DNA from: Phycisphaeraceae bacterium
Lineage (GTDB): Bacteria > Planctomycetota > Phycisphaerae > Phycisphaerales > UBA1924
DNA: 64,000 nt
Direction of reading: 5' to 3'
Assembly: GCA_007693725.1 (NCBI GenBank)
Contig: REDD01000139.1
Span: 1,296 to 65,295, forward strand
A program made the translations under genes and the position numbers. The notes beneath the pieces are model-generated. The model was given only the letters and a program-made list of their open reading frames with translations, had not been told where the DNA came from and searched no databases. Within the stretch, counting starts at the first letter, position 1. Every line of letters begins with the position of its first letter. Positions 35,768-44,913 of this stretch are shown here, piece by piece.

Positions 35768-35788
35768 GCCGAAGTCGGGGGAGAACGA

Positions 35789-36361
35789 TCACTGTGTTTG
35801 AGAGCGCCAGACGCTGAGGATGTTGCTCGCATCCTGCTCGGGCGTTGTTGCGCGCTCGATGATGAGATCGGCGAGGTCGCGATAGAGGTGATCGCGCTGG
35901 TTGAAGATCTGCCGGATCTCGTCGTGCGCGCCTGCGCCGGTGAGCGCGGGGCGGTTGGGGTCGTCGGGTTGGGAGGCCAGACGCTCGCGGAGGGTGTCGG
36001 GATCCAGCCGGAGATAGATGAGGAAAACGCTGTGTCGGGCGCGGGCTTCGCGGAGAATGTCCGCTGCGCCGGGGGCCGTGGGCGTGCCGCCGCCGAGAGC
36101 GATGACGGAAGGATCGGGGGCCGAGATCGCGCGGGCGAGCGCAGTGGTTTCGGCAGCGCGGAAGGCGGGCTCGCCGAGCGTCTCCCACGCCTGAGCCACG
36201 GTGGAGACGCCGAGATCGCGGAGCGTGTGCTCGTCGATGTCGATGAACGGGAGGTCTGCCTGGCTGGCGATGATGCGGGCGATCGTGGTCTTGCCCGAGG
36301 CGCGCAGACCGAGGAGCAGGAGGTGGGACTGAACCGCGGCGTGGGGAGTGTGCTCAGTCAT
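35789..36361 (-). CDS. aroK: shikimate kinase
   Basis: P-loop 'LLGLRASGKTTIARII', then 'FIDIDEH', 'GEPAFRAAET' and 'VIALGGG'. Confidence 0.85.
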   Translation of the reverse strand: MTEHTPHAAVQSHLLLLGLRASGKTTIARIIASQADLPFIDIDEHTLRDLGVSTVAQAWETLGEPAFRAAETTALARAISAPDPSVIALGGGTPTAPGAADILREARARHSVFLIYLRLDPDTLRERLASQPDDPNRPALTGAGAHDEIRQIFNQRDHLYRDLADLIIERATTPEQDASNILSVWRSQTQ

Positions 36362-36737
36362 CGGCGAAGATTCGTCGCTGCACCTCGACGAGGCGGGCGC
36401 GTTCGGTGTTGGGGATCTTGCCGAGCGATTGCAGAGCGCGCGTGAAGGCGGACTCGCAGATCAGGAGTGTCGTGGGCGGGGTTGCGCTGCGCTGAGCAAG
36501 AGACCGGACGACAGCACACTGCGCCGAACGCAGACGCAGACGACGGGCGAGGATACGGAATGCCGCCTCCCTGTCGTCGCGGGTGAAGAGAGCGGTGCGC
36601 CGTTGGATGATGGAGATCGTCGGCAGCAGAACGAGGATCAAGACGGCGGCGAAGAGCGCGATCTGCCAGACGGCAGCGCCGGATGATGCGACCGCGGAGG
36701 TCTCTTCGAGCTGGAGTTGGATGGGACGGGTGCTCAT
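36354..36737 (-). CDS. small single-pass membrane protein (hypothetical)
   Basis: 127-aa ORF with the TM segment 'VWQIALFAAVLILVLLPTISII'. It overlaps the aroK start by 8 bp and lies 18 bp after the HEAT-repeat gene. Confidence 0.55.
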   Translation of the reverse strand: MSTRPIQLQLEETSAVASSGAAVWQIALFAAVLILVLLPTISIIQRRTALFTRDDREAAFRILARRLRLRSAQCAVVRSLAQRSATPPTTLLICESAFTRALQSLGKIPNTERARLVEVQRRIFADD

Positions 36738-36755
36738 GGTGTGATTCGGGGTTGA

Positions 36756-38678
36756 TCAGGCGACGGCGGATGCGGCTTGCTGTGCGGATGCCTGCTGCCG
36801 CTCGGTCCAGCCGCGGCGCATGCGTGCGAGCAGGATCCGTGCGGAGCGTCTGGCCCGTTCACGGAGGCGCGGGTCGGTCTCGGTGCGGACGAGGTGGGCG
36901 AGGCGATCCGCCAGATCCGGGGTGGCGTGGCGTTCGGCGAGCCAGAGCCCGGCAGCGCGTTGGGACGGATCGGCTGAACCGAGCATCTCGGCGAGCGTGG
37001 CATGCGCACCGGGGTGCGGGGAGGCGGTGCGGAGCATCGCGTGGATGGCGTTGGCGCGGACGCGCGGTGTGGGATCGGTGAGATGGGGCTGGACATCGAC
37101 GGTGCGCGTGGCCGTGGCCCTGGCGCTCAGTTCGATGGCTTCGGCACGGACACGCGGGTTCTCGTGCTTCATGGCGCCGAGCATGGCCGCGCTCGCCTGG
37201 CTTGAGTCGAGACGGTGCAGGGTGCGGACCGCTTTGGCGGCGATGTAGGCATCGGTGTGGCGCGCCGACTCGATGATGGCATCGTGGAGTTCGGTGCAGA
37301 CCTGAGCGCGGTCGGCGAGCGAAAGCGCGCTGAGCGCTTCGGAACGATCGCCCATCCGGATCTGCGCATCGAGGTCGGCGATGGCGGCCTCACGGTCGAT
37401 GCGGAGCGCCCGCCGGAAGGCAACCCCATCGCGCCAGGTGCGCCTGGTTGCCCCGGGGTGAGCGATGCCGATGGAGTCGAGCGTCCGTTGGGCCATCGCA
37501 CGGACGCGCGGATGGGGCGACCGCAGCAGGATGGCGAAGCGGTCGGCGAGCGCTGCGCGCCGGTGGATGCTGGGCGTGGCGGCCAAGGCATCGCACGCCG
37601 CTTCTGCGACCGCGGGGTTCGGGTCGAGGGCGAACTCGAAGATGGCCTCGTCGAGGGCCGGCGCTGCCGGCAGCTTCGCAAGCAGGCGGACGGCGTTGAG
37701 ACGGACGAAGGGGTCGGGATCGGCGAGGCGTGCCGCGGCGCGGAGCATCCGCTGGGCATCGTTGATGGGGAGGATTTCGAGCCAGCGGACGAAGCCGCGT
37801 CGCGCCTCGGTCGGCATGGCGATGAGCGTCGCATCGTCGGGCAAGGTGGCGTGGGCTCGGGACATGCGGGCGATGCGCTCGCGGATGTCGGGACGGCGTG
37901 CGATGTGGGCGAGGGTGAGGAAGGCCCGCTGATCGTCCGGAGAGTCGAGGTTTGCGAGGCGGTCGAGGGCGATGGGCGCGAGCGCGGGGAGTGAGAGCAG
38001 CGAGAGCGCGCGGCGCGGGGGCATGGTGGGTTCGAGGCGTCGCGCGGCGGCACGCAGGGCGAGGTGGCCGGGCTCATCGGCACGCCGCAGCCACTCGGCG
38101 AGCGCCCCGGAGGCGTGCTCGGCCCGGGCGAGGATGGCGGCGATGATCCCGGCGTGGCGGTGTTCCTCGTACCGGGCGGCGATCTCGGCGAGGGTGTCGT
38201 CGAGTTCGTCACGCCCGGCGGTGTTCTGGTGGGCGATGTCCGCGATGGCGTCGAGGATCGGACGGTGCCACTTGTCCGCGCTGTGGACGCCGTGGCGCAG
38301 AGCGTGGATGAGCGATGTGTTGCCGCGTGCGCTGCGGATGCCGAGCCGAGCAGAGAGCAGATCGGCGCTGACGCCCGCGGCGGCGAGGCGGCTCTCCTGG
38401 GACTCGGAGCGGGCGAGGGCCTCGACATGCGTCGGCGCGTGCTCCCCCGCGAGGGCGATCCATGTGCGCCGGGCATCATCGGAAAGGCGCAGCCATGCTC
38501 GCGCGGACGCACGCATGAGGGTGGTCGCATCCGTCTCGGCGGCGATCTCGGCGATCACACTGAGGATGGCGTCGGCCTCGGCGGTGTCCGCCGCGTCGAG
38601 CGCAGCGATGAGCGTCGACTCGCGGGATCGGCGCGGGAGTCGGCGGACGAGTTGAAGGCGGGCGCGCAGGGACGGCAT
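36756..38678 (-). CDS. HEAT-repeat protein
   Basis: Recurrent 'D(P/E)xPxVRxxA' units ('DPDPFVRLNAVRLLA', 'DPNPAVAEAACDALA', 'HENPRVRAEAIEL', 'DPTPRVRANAIHAML', 'SPHPRVRAMAQRTL'). Start set at 'MPSLRARLQL' (38678); the ORF extends to 38741. Confidence 0.75.
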   Translation of the reverse strand: MPSLRARLQLVRRLPRRSRESTLIAALDAADTAEADAILSVIAEIAAETDATTLMRASARAWLRLSDDARRTWIALAGEHAPTHVEALARSESQESRLAAAGVSADLLSARLGIRSARGNTSLIHALRHGVHSADKWHRPILDAIADIAHQNTAGRDELDDTLAEIAARYEEHRHAGIIAAILARAEHASGALAEWLRRADEPGHLALRAAARRLEPTMPPRRALSLLSLPALAPIALDRLANLDSPDDQRAFLTLAHIARRPDIRERIARMSRAHATLPDDATLIAMPTEARRGFVRWLEILPINDAQRMLRAAARLADPDPFVRLNAVRLLAKLPAAPALDEAIFEFALDPNPAVAEAACDALAATPSIHRRAALADRFAILLRSPHPRVRAMAQRTLDSIGIAHPGATRRTWRDGVAFRRALRIDREAAIADLDAQIRMGDRSEALSALSLADRAQVCTELHDAIIESARHTDAYIAAKAVRTLHRLDSSQASAAMLGAMKHENPRVRAEAIELSARATATRTVDVQPHLTDPTPRVRANAIHAMLRTASPHPGAHATLAEMLGSADPSQRAAGLWLAERHATPDLADRLAHLVRTETDPRLRERARRSARILLARMRRGWTERQQASAQQAASAVA

Positions 38679-38810
38679 TCCACTTTGTTTCTCGGCGATG
38701 AAGGGCCGAAGACTGCAAAGGCAGATCCGAACGGGATGCAAACAGGCGTTCGCCCCGGCGGATCTGACCCGACGGATCGGGCGACATCCATCATGTTTGG
38801 CGGATTTTTC

Positions 38811-38838
38811 TTGCCAGTTTTGGGGTGGGGCCTAGACT
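38811..38838 (+). promoter_or_regulatory. candidate sigma70-type promoter
   Basis: TTGCCA (38811-38816), 16 bp, TAGACT (38833-38838). GAGGAAG and ATG 38898 lie downstream. Pattern only. Confidence 0.3.
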
Positions 38839-38897
38839 CGTCGCTACTTGTCCAGAGCCCATGCACCGTCCTCGCGGGCGGGTGAGGAAGATTCCAG

Positions 38898-39458
38898 ATG
38901 ACGAATCCCATCAAGTCCACGAGTCTTCAGGCGTACCGGCTGGTGCTCTACAAGCGAGCCCTGCATCCGGAGCTGTTCCGGATCAAGGGGCGGCGTCAGA
39001 TGAGCCACGCCGAGTACGACTTCGAGTGCTGGGTCATGCCCGGGACGCACCTCTTCCGTTTCGAGGTCGGCGGCACCTGCGCGACCGAACTGATCACCGA
39101 TCAGGAGGACGGGATCCCGGATCGTGGGATTCTGGCCGCCCTGCCCTGCGCCGGCGAGCGCGATCACGAGCAGGACTTCGGCGATGGCATCAAGTATGTC
39201 TGCACCGTCCAGACCGAGCAGTTGCCCGAATCCCTCTACAAGGCGACCTACGCCGAGTTGATCGAGTTCGGTGGCGAGAACGAGGCGCTGATCCACGAGT
39301 GGATCGACGACGACGGCGCCAAGTGCGCCTCGATTCTGGACATCCAGCGGTATCGACGCGAGATACACGCCCAGTCGTACCACCTGATGGCCCGCGGCGG
39401 GCTGGTGCTGCGTTCGCAGACCATCTTCGAGCACGCCAAGCCGACCACCAAGGCCTGA
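38898..39458 (+). CDS. conserved hypothetical protein (possibly DUF2617-like)
   Basis: 186-aa ORF with a good Shine-Dalgarno sequence (GAGGAAG) and typical codon usage. 'YRLVLYKRALHPELF' resembles what I recall of DUF2617, but I cannot verify this. Confidence 0.7.
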   Translation: MTNPIKSTSLQAYRLVLYKRALHPELFRIKGRRQMSHAEYDFECWVMPGTHLFRFEVGGTCATELITDQEDGIPDRGILAALPCAGERDHEQDFGDGIKYVCTVQTEQLPESLYKATYAELIEFGGENEALIHEWIDDDGAKCASILDIQRYRREIHAQSYHLMARGGLVLRSQTIFEHAKPTTKA

Positions 39459-39506
39459 CTCCGCGCAGAGTGACCGGGTTTGTGCGCTTTTTCCGCGCCC
39501 GAGGCG

Positions 39507-39950
39507 TCATGCCGCGGCGTCGCATGTCCCGCAGTCGCTCTGGCCCGATTCCGCGCAGTATCGGAGCAGATCGCGCCAGGAAACGATCCCGATGAGGTTC
39601 CCGCGGTCGCTGAGGACCGGCAGCGCCGAGATGCGGTGCTGGAGCAGCAGGTCGATCGCCTCGCTGTTGGGGGTGTCGGGGCGGACGGTGATGAGTTTGC
39701 GGGACATCACCTGATGGGCGAGCCGCTGGAGCGTGGAGAGGTCCTGGGGACGCTCGGAGAGCTTGCCGACGAAGGGGCTGACGGTGCGCAGGACATCGCG
39801 GTCGGAGATGATGCCGATGGGCTCGCGACCCCGAACGACGATGATGTGGTGGGTGTCGGCCTTGGTGAAGAGATTCCGGACCCGTTCGAGCGTGCTGTCC
39901 ATCTCGACGGTGACGGGCTCGCGGTTCATGATGTCCTTGACGACGGTCAT
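39507..39950 (-). CDS. CBS-domain pair protein
   Basis: 'VKDIMNREPVTVEMDSTLERV...HHIIVV...IGIISDRDVL' and 'VMSRKLITVRPDTP...ISALPVL...LIGIVSWRDLL' form two CBS repeats. Confidence 0.85.
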   Translation of the reverse strand: MTVVKDIMNREPVTVEMDSTLERVRNLFTKADTHHIIVVRGREPIGIISDRDVLRTVSPFVGKLSERPQDLSTLQRLAHQVMSRKLITVRPDTPNSEAIDLLLQHRISALPVLSDRGNLIGIVSWRDLLRYCAESGQSDCGTCDAAA

Positions 39951-40394
39951 GGGGCCTCCCCATCCCCCGCTGGAGGCGAGTCAGCGGGGTCATAAGGGAT
40001 ATCGGTCGGTTTCGGGGCCGGGTTTGGGGCCGATCCTTTGACTCGGGTGGTTTCGCGGCCGATACTCCGGACCATGCGAGAAGCAGCACTCAGCCCGTTT
40101 CGGCGAATTCCCAAGCCCCGCGAGGGGCGTGGTGCGATCGCCTGCCGGGCATGAACCCGGAGAACCCGGGCTCTCAGGGCTTCCTTCCGGGGGGGACTTC
40201 CGGGGGTCGCACAACGGTCTTGAGCGGGGCAGACAGCCAGAGGGGGGGCCGGATGGCCTCTCCGGGCTTCGCCTCCGCGCGGAGTACGCGCGAATCGATC
40301 AGAATGAGCAGTTCTTTCAATCGGACCACCCAGTTCGGGGTCCGGGCAGGGTCTACCCCGCCGCTCCGGACACATTGAGCAGGCAGAGATCACG

Positions 40395-43349
40395 ATGAGC
40401 CAGTCGACGAGTCCACAGAGCAGTGAGAAGGCGCAGGACGATGGGGGCAAGCGCTACAAGGGCACGCTGAACCTGCCCAGCACCTCGTTCCCGATGAAGG
40501 CGAACCTCGTCCAGAACGAGCCGGCGAGCCAGAAGCGCTGGGATGCGAGCGAGCTGTACCGTCGCGCCCAGGAGGCGCGAGCCGAGGGCGGGGCGCTGCA
40601 TCGCGGGCGGTTCGTGTTTCACGACGGACCGCCCTACGCGAACGGGAGCATCCATCTCGGGCACTTGCTCAACAAGTGCCTGAAGGATTTCGTGGTGCGT
40701 ACGCGCCTCATGGAGGGGCTGTCGTGCCCCTTCGTGCCGGGATGGGACTGCCACGGCCTGCCGATCGAGCACAAGGTGATGCAGGAGATGGCGGCGGACG
40801 GGCGTCTGGAGAAGATCGCAGCGCTGGAGGAGGACACGCGCCGGATGGCGATCCGTCGCGAGTGCCACAAGTACGCCGAGAAGTTCGTGAAGCACCAGTC
40901 GGGGCAGATGCGACGGCTGCTGACGCTCGCGGACTACGACGATCCGTACCTGACGCTCCGTCCGGCGTACGAGGGCGCGGTGCTCGAGGTGTTCGCGGAT
41001 CTGGTGGAGCGGGGGCTGGTGTACCGGCAGTTGAAGGCGGTCCACTGGTCGATCGCGAACGAGACGGCCCTCGCCGAGGCGGAGCTGGAGTACGAGCAGC
41101 GGGAGGACATCTCGGTCTTCGTGGACTTCGTGAGCGCGGATGGGGATGCGGTGTACGACGCGTTCGATCTGGACGGCGAGGATCGCCCCGGCCAGCGGCC
41201 GTGCTTCATGATCTGGACGACGACGCCGTGGACGCTGCCCGCGAACCTCGCGATCGCGGTGCACGAGAAGTTCGAGTACACGCTGGTGCGGATGGACGGC
41301 AACTACACGGTGGTCGCGGCGGACATGGTCGAGCGCGTCTCCGATACGGTGAACGCGGACGATGTCGAGATCGTCGCTCGGACCCCCGGCGCACGCCTTG
41401 TCGGCCTGCGGTACACGCATCCGTTCGTCGATGGTGGTCCGGACTTCTCGCAGCAGCCGGATCCTGCGATGCGGGGCGCGGAACCGTCGGGCATCTACCG
41501 CGTCGTCAGTGCCGACTATGTGACGCTGGAGGATGGCACGGGTCTGGTGCACACCGCGCCGGGACATGGCGCTGAGGACTATCTGACCGGTCTGCGGGAG
41601 AAGCTGCCGGTGTACTGCCCCGTCCGCGCGAACGGAACCTACGACGACTCCGTGCCGAAGCATCTGCGCGGGCTGTCGGTGTGGGAGGCGAACGAGCGGA
41701 TCACGAACGACCTGCGCGCGAGCGGTCATCTGGTGCATTCTGCGAAGTTCATGCACTCGTACCCGCACGACTGGCGGAGCAAGACGCCGGTGATCTTCCG
41801 GGCAACCGAGCAATGGTTCATCGGTGTGGATGTTCCCGTGCGCGGGCGGAAGAAGTCGCTGCGCGAGATGGCGACGGCGGCCGCGGCGAACCAAGTGCGG
41901 TTCCTCCCGGAATGGGGGCGGAACCGGATGCGTGGCATGCTGGAGAGCCGTCCGGACTGGTGCATCAGCCGTCAGCGCGCATGGGGCTTGCCGATCCCGG
42001 CGTTCCATGCACCGGACGGGACCGTGCTGCTGACGCCCGAGAGCGTGCGTGCGGTGGCGAAGGCGTTCCGCGAGAAGGGGAGCGATTCGTGGTTCACACA
42101 GACGCCCGAGGAATTGCTGCGCCACTACGAGCCAAGCACGGATGTCGAGGCCCCGGCGGGGCTGGACCTGACGAAACTGGAGAAGTCGCGAGACATCTTC
42201 GATGTGTGGTTCGAGAGTGGGTCATCGTGGAACGCGGTGATGCGCGAGCGTTCCGGGGGGCGGGATTATCCGGTGGACCTGTACCTCGAAGGGTCGGACC
42301 AGCACCGGGGATGGTTCCAGCTTTCGCTGTTGCCGGCTCTCGGCGCGACCGGGATGCCGCCCTTCAACACGCTGCTGACGCACGGCTTCATCGTGGACAA
42401 AGACGGCAAGAAGATGTCGAAGAGTCTCGGGAATGCGCTGGATGTCGATGCGCTGGTCAAGGAGTTCGGCGCGGATGTGTGCCGCTGGTGGGTCGCGTCG
42501 ATCCCCTTCGAGAACGACATCAAGGCGGATCTCCAGTTCTTCAAGACCGCAGGCGAGTCGTACCGCAAGGTCCGCAACACGCTGCGCTTCCTTCTGAGCA
42601 ACCTCTCGGACTTCACGCCCGATGAGGGCGACACGCAGTACCCGAGCACGAGCATCGACGCGTGGGCGCTCAGCGAGTACGACGCTGTCGTGCGCGATGT
42701 GCGCCGCGGATATCAGGAGTACCAGTTCCCGCGCGTCGTGCAGCGGATCTACAACTTCTGCAACGAGGCGCTGAGCGCCGTGTACCTCGCGGCGGTGAAG
42801 GACCGCCTGTACTGCGACGCCAAGGACTCCGAGCGCCGCAGACGCACGCAGCAGACGATCTGGACGATGGCGGATGGGCTGGCGCGTCTGCTCGCGCCGA
42901 TCATGCCGCATACCGCGGACGAGGCGTACCGCGCTCTGCACCGCGTCGACAGCAAGGACAGCGATGTGTGCGTGTTGCTGACGAACTTCCCTGAGGAGAC
43001 CGGCGTGAAGGCGGACGAGGCGTGGAAGACCGCGATGGAGTGCCGCGAAATCGCGCTCAAGGCGCTCGAATCCACGCGGTCCGAGGGCGTGCTGGAGAAT
43101 CCGCTGGATGCCGGGCTGGTGATCCCCAAGACGACCGGGTCGCTGGGGCGGTTCGATCCCGTCGATCTCGCGGATCTGATGGGCGTGAGCCGGATCGAGT
43201 TCGATCGCGATCTCACGATGATCGAGGTGAAGGATCTGCGTTCGGAGCCGCGGTGCGAGCGGTCGTGGAAGCGCGATGGCACGGTGAAGCAGCGGAGCGA
43301 TGGCGGCATGCTGAGCGATCGGGATGCGCTCGCGCTGGGCGTTGCGTAG
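40395..43349 (+). CDS. ileS: isoleucine--tRNA ligase
   Basis: 'PPYANGSIHLGHLLNK' (HIGH), 'KMSKSLGN' (KMSKS), 'WTTTPWTLPAN' and 'GSDQHRGWF'. Confidence 0.97.
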   Translation: MSQSTSPQSSEKAQDDGGKRYKGTLNLPSTSFPMKANLVQNEPASQKRWDASELYRRAQEARAEGGALHRGRFVFHDGPPYANGSIHLGHLLNKCLKDFVVRTRLMEGLSCPFVPGWDCHGLPIEHKVMQEMAADGRLEKIAALEEDTRRMAIRRECHKYAEKFVKHQSGQMRRLLTLADYDDPYLTLRPAYEGAVLEVFADLVERGLVYRQLKAVHWSIANETALAEAELEYEQREDISVFVDFVSADGDAVYDAFDLDGEDRPGQRPCFMIWTTTPWTLPANLAIAVHEKFEYTLVRMDGNYTVVAADMVERVSDTVNADDVEIVARTPGARLVGLRYTHPFVDGGPDFSQQPDPAMRGAEPSGIYRVVSADYVTLEDGTGLVHTAPGHGAEDYLTGLREKLPVYCPVRANGTYDDSVPKHLRGLSVWEANERITNDLRASGHLVHSAKFMHSYPHDWRSKTPVIFRATEQWFIGVDVPVRGRKKSLREMATAAAANQVRFLPEWGRNRMRGMLESRPDWCISRQRAWGLPIPAFHAPDGTVLLTPESVRAVAKAFREKGSDSWFTQTPEELLRHYEPSTDVEAPAGLDLTKLEKSRDIFDVWFESGSSWNAVMRERSGGRDYPVDLYLEGSDQHRGWFQLSLLPALGATGMPPFNTLLTHGFIVDKDGKKMSKSLGNALDVDALVKEFGADVCRWWVASIPFENDIKADLQFFKTAGESYRKVRNTLRFLLSNLSDFTPDEGDTQYPSTSIDAWALSEYDAVVRDVRRGYQEYQFPRVVQRIYNFCNEALSAVYLAAVKDRLYCDAKDSERRRRTQQTIWTMADGLARLLAPIMPHTADEAYRALHRVDSKDSDVCVLLTNFPEETGVKADEAWKTAMECREIALKALESTRSEGVLENPLDAGLVIPKTTGSLGRFDPVDLADLMGVSRIEFDRDLTMIEVKDLRSEPRCERSWKRDGTVKQRSDGGMLSDRDALALGVA

Positions 43350-43361
43350 CGGCGAACCGGC

Positions 43362-44087
43362 TCAGCGCCGATGCGCTTCGAGGGCGTCGATCGCTTCCTG
43401 ATGGAGCGCGAGGATGTGATCCCGCAGGGTCTCGATGGCGCTGTCGGTACCGTTCTGCATCAGTTGCTCGGGGTTGAGCGGCTCGCCGAAGGCGATCGCG
43501 ATGCGTTTTCCTCGGATGGAGGGGCGCGACTTGCCTCTGGGCCAGGCGTCGCCCGAGCCGTGGATGCCGATGGGGACGACGAGCGCCTCGGATCGCTTGA
43601 TGAGCAGCACGACGCCGCGTTCGAAGGGCTGCACCTGGCCATCCTCCGAGCGACTGCCCTCGGGGAAGACGAGGAGGGGCTTGCCCTCGGCGAGGGCCTT
43701 GAGCGTGGCCTTCATGGCGGCGGTGTCGGTGGTATCACGCTTGATGGGGATGGAGTTGAGCGAACCGATGAGCCATCCGAAGAGACGGTTCTTGAAGAGC
43801 GATTCTTTGGCGAGGAAGGCGCAGGCGCGTTTGTTGAGGCAGATGCTGATGGCGGGCGGGTCGAGATGGGACTGGTGGTTTGCGACGAGGAGGACCGGCC
43901 CGGTGAGCGGGATGCGGTCGGTGTGGAGGCGGATGGGCCTGTAGAGGAGTTGAAGCACGCTTGCGGCGGCGAAGCGGCAGAAGCGATACCAGAGCATGCC
44001 GACGCGAGACATGCCGGGGAAGCGCTCTCGCCAATGCGGCATCCGGGATCGGGTTGACGGTGATGTGGTCGGAGGTGCGTCGGTCAC
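43362..44087 (-). CDS. plsC: 1-acyl-sn-glycerol-3-phosphate acyltransferase
   Basis: 'LLVANHQSHLDPPAI' (HX4D) and 'LLVFPEGSRS'. The start overlaps the cmk stop by 4 bp. Confidence 0.85.
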   Translation of the reverse strand: MTDAPPTTSPSTRSRMPHWRERFPGMSRVGMLWYRFCRFAAASVLQLLYRPIRLHTDRIPLTGPVLLVANHQSHLDPPAISICLNKRACAFLAKESLFKNRLFGWLIGSLNSIPIKRDTTDTAAMKATLKALAEGKPLLVFPEGSRSEDGQVQPFERGVVLLIKRSEALVVPIGIHGSGDAWPRGKSRPSIRGKRIAIAFGEPLNPEQLMQNGTDSAIETLRDHILALHQEAIDALEAHRR

Positions 44088-44809
44088 TGTTGCAATGCAT
44101 CGTGGCTCGGTGGTCGTTGATCGTGGAGGACCGCATCGCCGACCTGCTCGCGGATGATCTCGATGAGGCGGTCGACGACTTCATCCTGCTTCATCGACGA
44201 GGTGTCGATGACGAAGGCATCCTCCGGACAGATGAGCGGCGCGATGTCGCGGGTGGAATCGCGGAAGTCGCGCTCGGCGATCTGACGCTCGATCTCGTCG
44301 ATGTCGGCATCGTGCCCCATCGCACGGAGTTGGACGGCTCGGCGCTCCGCACGGACGCGCTGCCCCGCATCAAGATAGAACTTCACCTCCGCATCGAAGA
44401 AGACGACCGAGCCCTGATCGCGTCCCTCGGAAACGAGGCGCGGATGGGCCTCGCCGATGCGGCGCTGACTCTCGACGAGAACCCGCCGCACACCGGCGAG
44501 AAGCGAGACGGGCGAAACGCTCTCGTTGACATCGCGGTCGCGCAGGCGGTGCATGACGGACTTGCCGCGAGCCAGGAGCGTGGGCGGGTCGGTCTCCCAG
44601 TCGAAGCGGAGGTCGGCATCGCGGACGAGTTGTGAGATGGCGTGATCGTCCCGGAGGGAAACCCCGCGGTCGATGGCGAGGGCGGTCGCGGCACGGTACA
44701 TCGCGCCGGTGTCGAGGAATTCGAGGCCGAGACGGTGGGCGAGATCACGCGCGACGGAGGATTTCCCTGTGCCTGCCGGGCCGTCGATGGTGACGATGAG
44801 TCGCTTCAT
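44084..44809 (-). CDS. cmk: (d)CMP kinase
   Basis: 'IVTIDGPAGTGKSSVARDLAHRLGLEFLDTGAMYRA' and 'EGRDQGSVVF'. Start set at 'MKRLIV' (44809). The ORF extends to 44917, where it would make an ATGA overlap with the upstream gene, so the start is uncertain. Confidence 0.9.
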   Translation of the reverse strand: MKRLIVTIDGPAGTGKSSVARDLAHRLGLEFLDTGAMYRAATALAIDRGVSLRDDHAISQLVRDADLRFDWETDPPTLLARGKSVMHRLRDRDVNESVSPVSLLAGVRRVLVESQRRIGEAHPRLVSEGRDQGSVVFFDAEVKFYLDAGQRVRAERRAVQLRAMGHDADIDEIERQIAERDFRDSTRDIAPLICPEDAFVIDTSSMKQDEVVDRLIEIIREQVGDAVLHDQRPPSHDALQQ

Positions 44810-44913
44810 TTCCGTCGGCCGTGCATCGTGGTGAGGTGGATCGACGGTGATAACAGTACGGGACGGACGAGCGACGCGTCGGGGTTGGTCGGCAGTCGCC
44901 AGCGTTCCGTCGG

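Noticed and set aside
39459-39506. A hairpin-plus-T5 between the convergent DUF2617-like and CBS genes ('GCGCA..TGCGC TTTTT').
   Set aside because: The stem is only 5 bp with a 15-nt loop, too weak to call a terminator with confidence.
40150-40215. An SRP-RNA-like motif on the minus strand ('CCGGAAGGAAGCC', resembling the 4.5S helix-8 'CCGGAAGGAAGCAGCC').
   Set aside because: The conserved AGCAGC element is missing. When I tried to pair the flanks around the GGAA loop, the arms did not form the long SRP hairpin. It is probably a chance match in G/C-rich sequence, but is still covered by the suggested Infernal scan.
40353-42125. Long minus-strand ORFs antisense to ileS. Similar cases are 50229-51857 against uvrB, 53557-55239 against uvrA, 11277-12776 against aspS, 13866-15140 against asnB, 19026-20447 against the antiporter, 23825-25126 against the aminotransferase, 28074-30517 against the ABC genes, 56251-57624 against dacB, 58765-59913 against miaB and 61745-63274 against the pseudopilin.
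   Set aside because: All lie opposite genes with unambiguous family motifs. Their translations are dominated by R, G, D, E, A, P, H runs without recognisable domains. They are typical high-GC antisense open frames.
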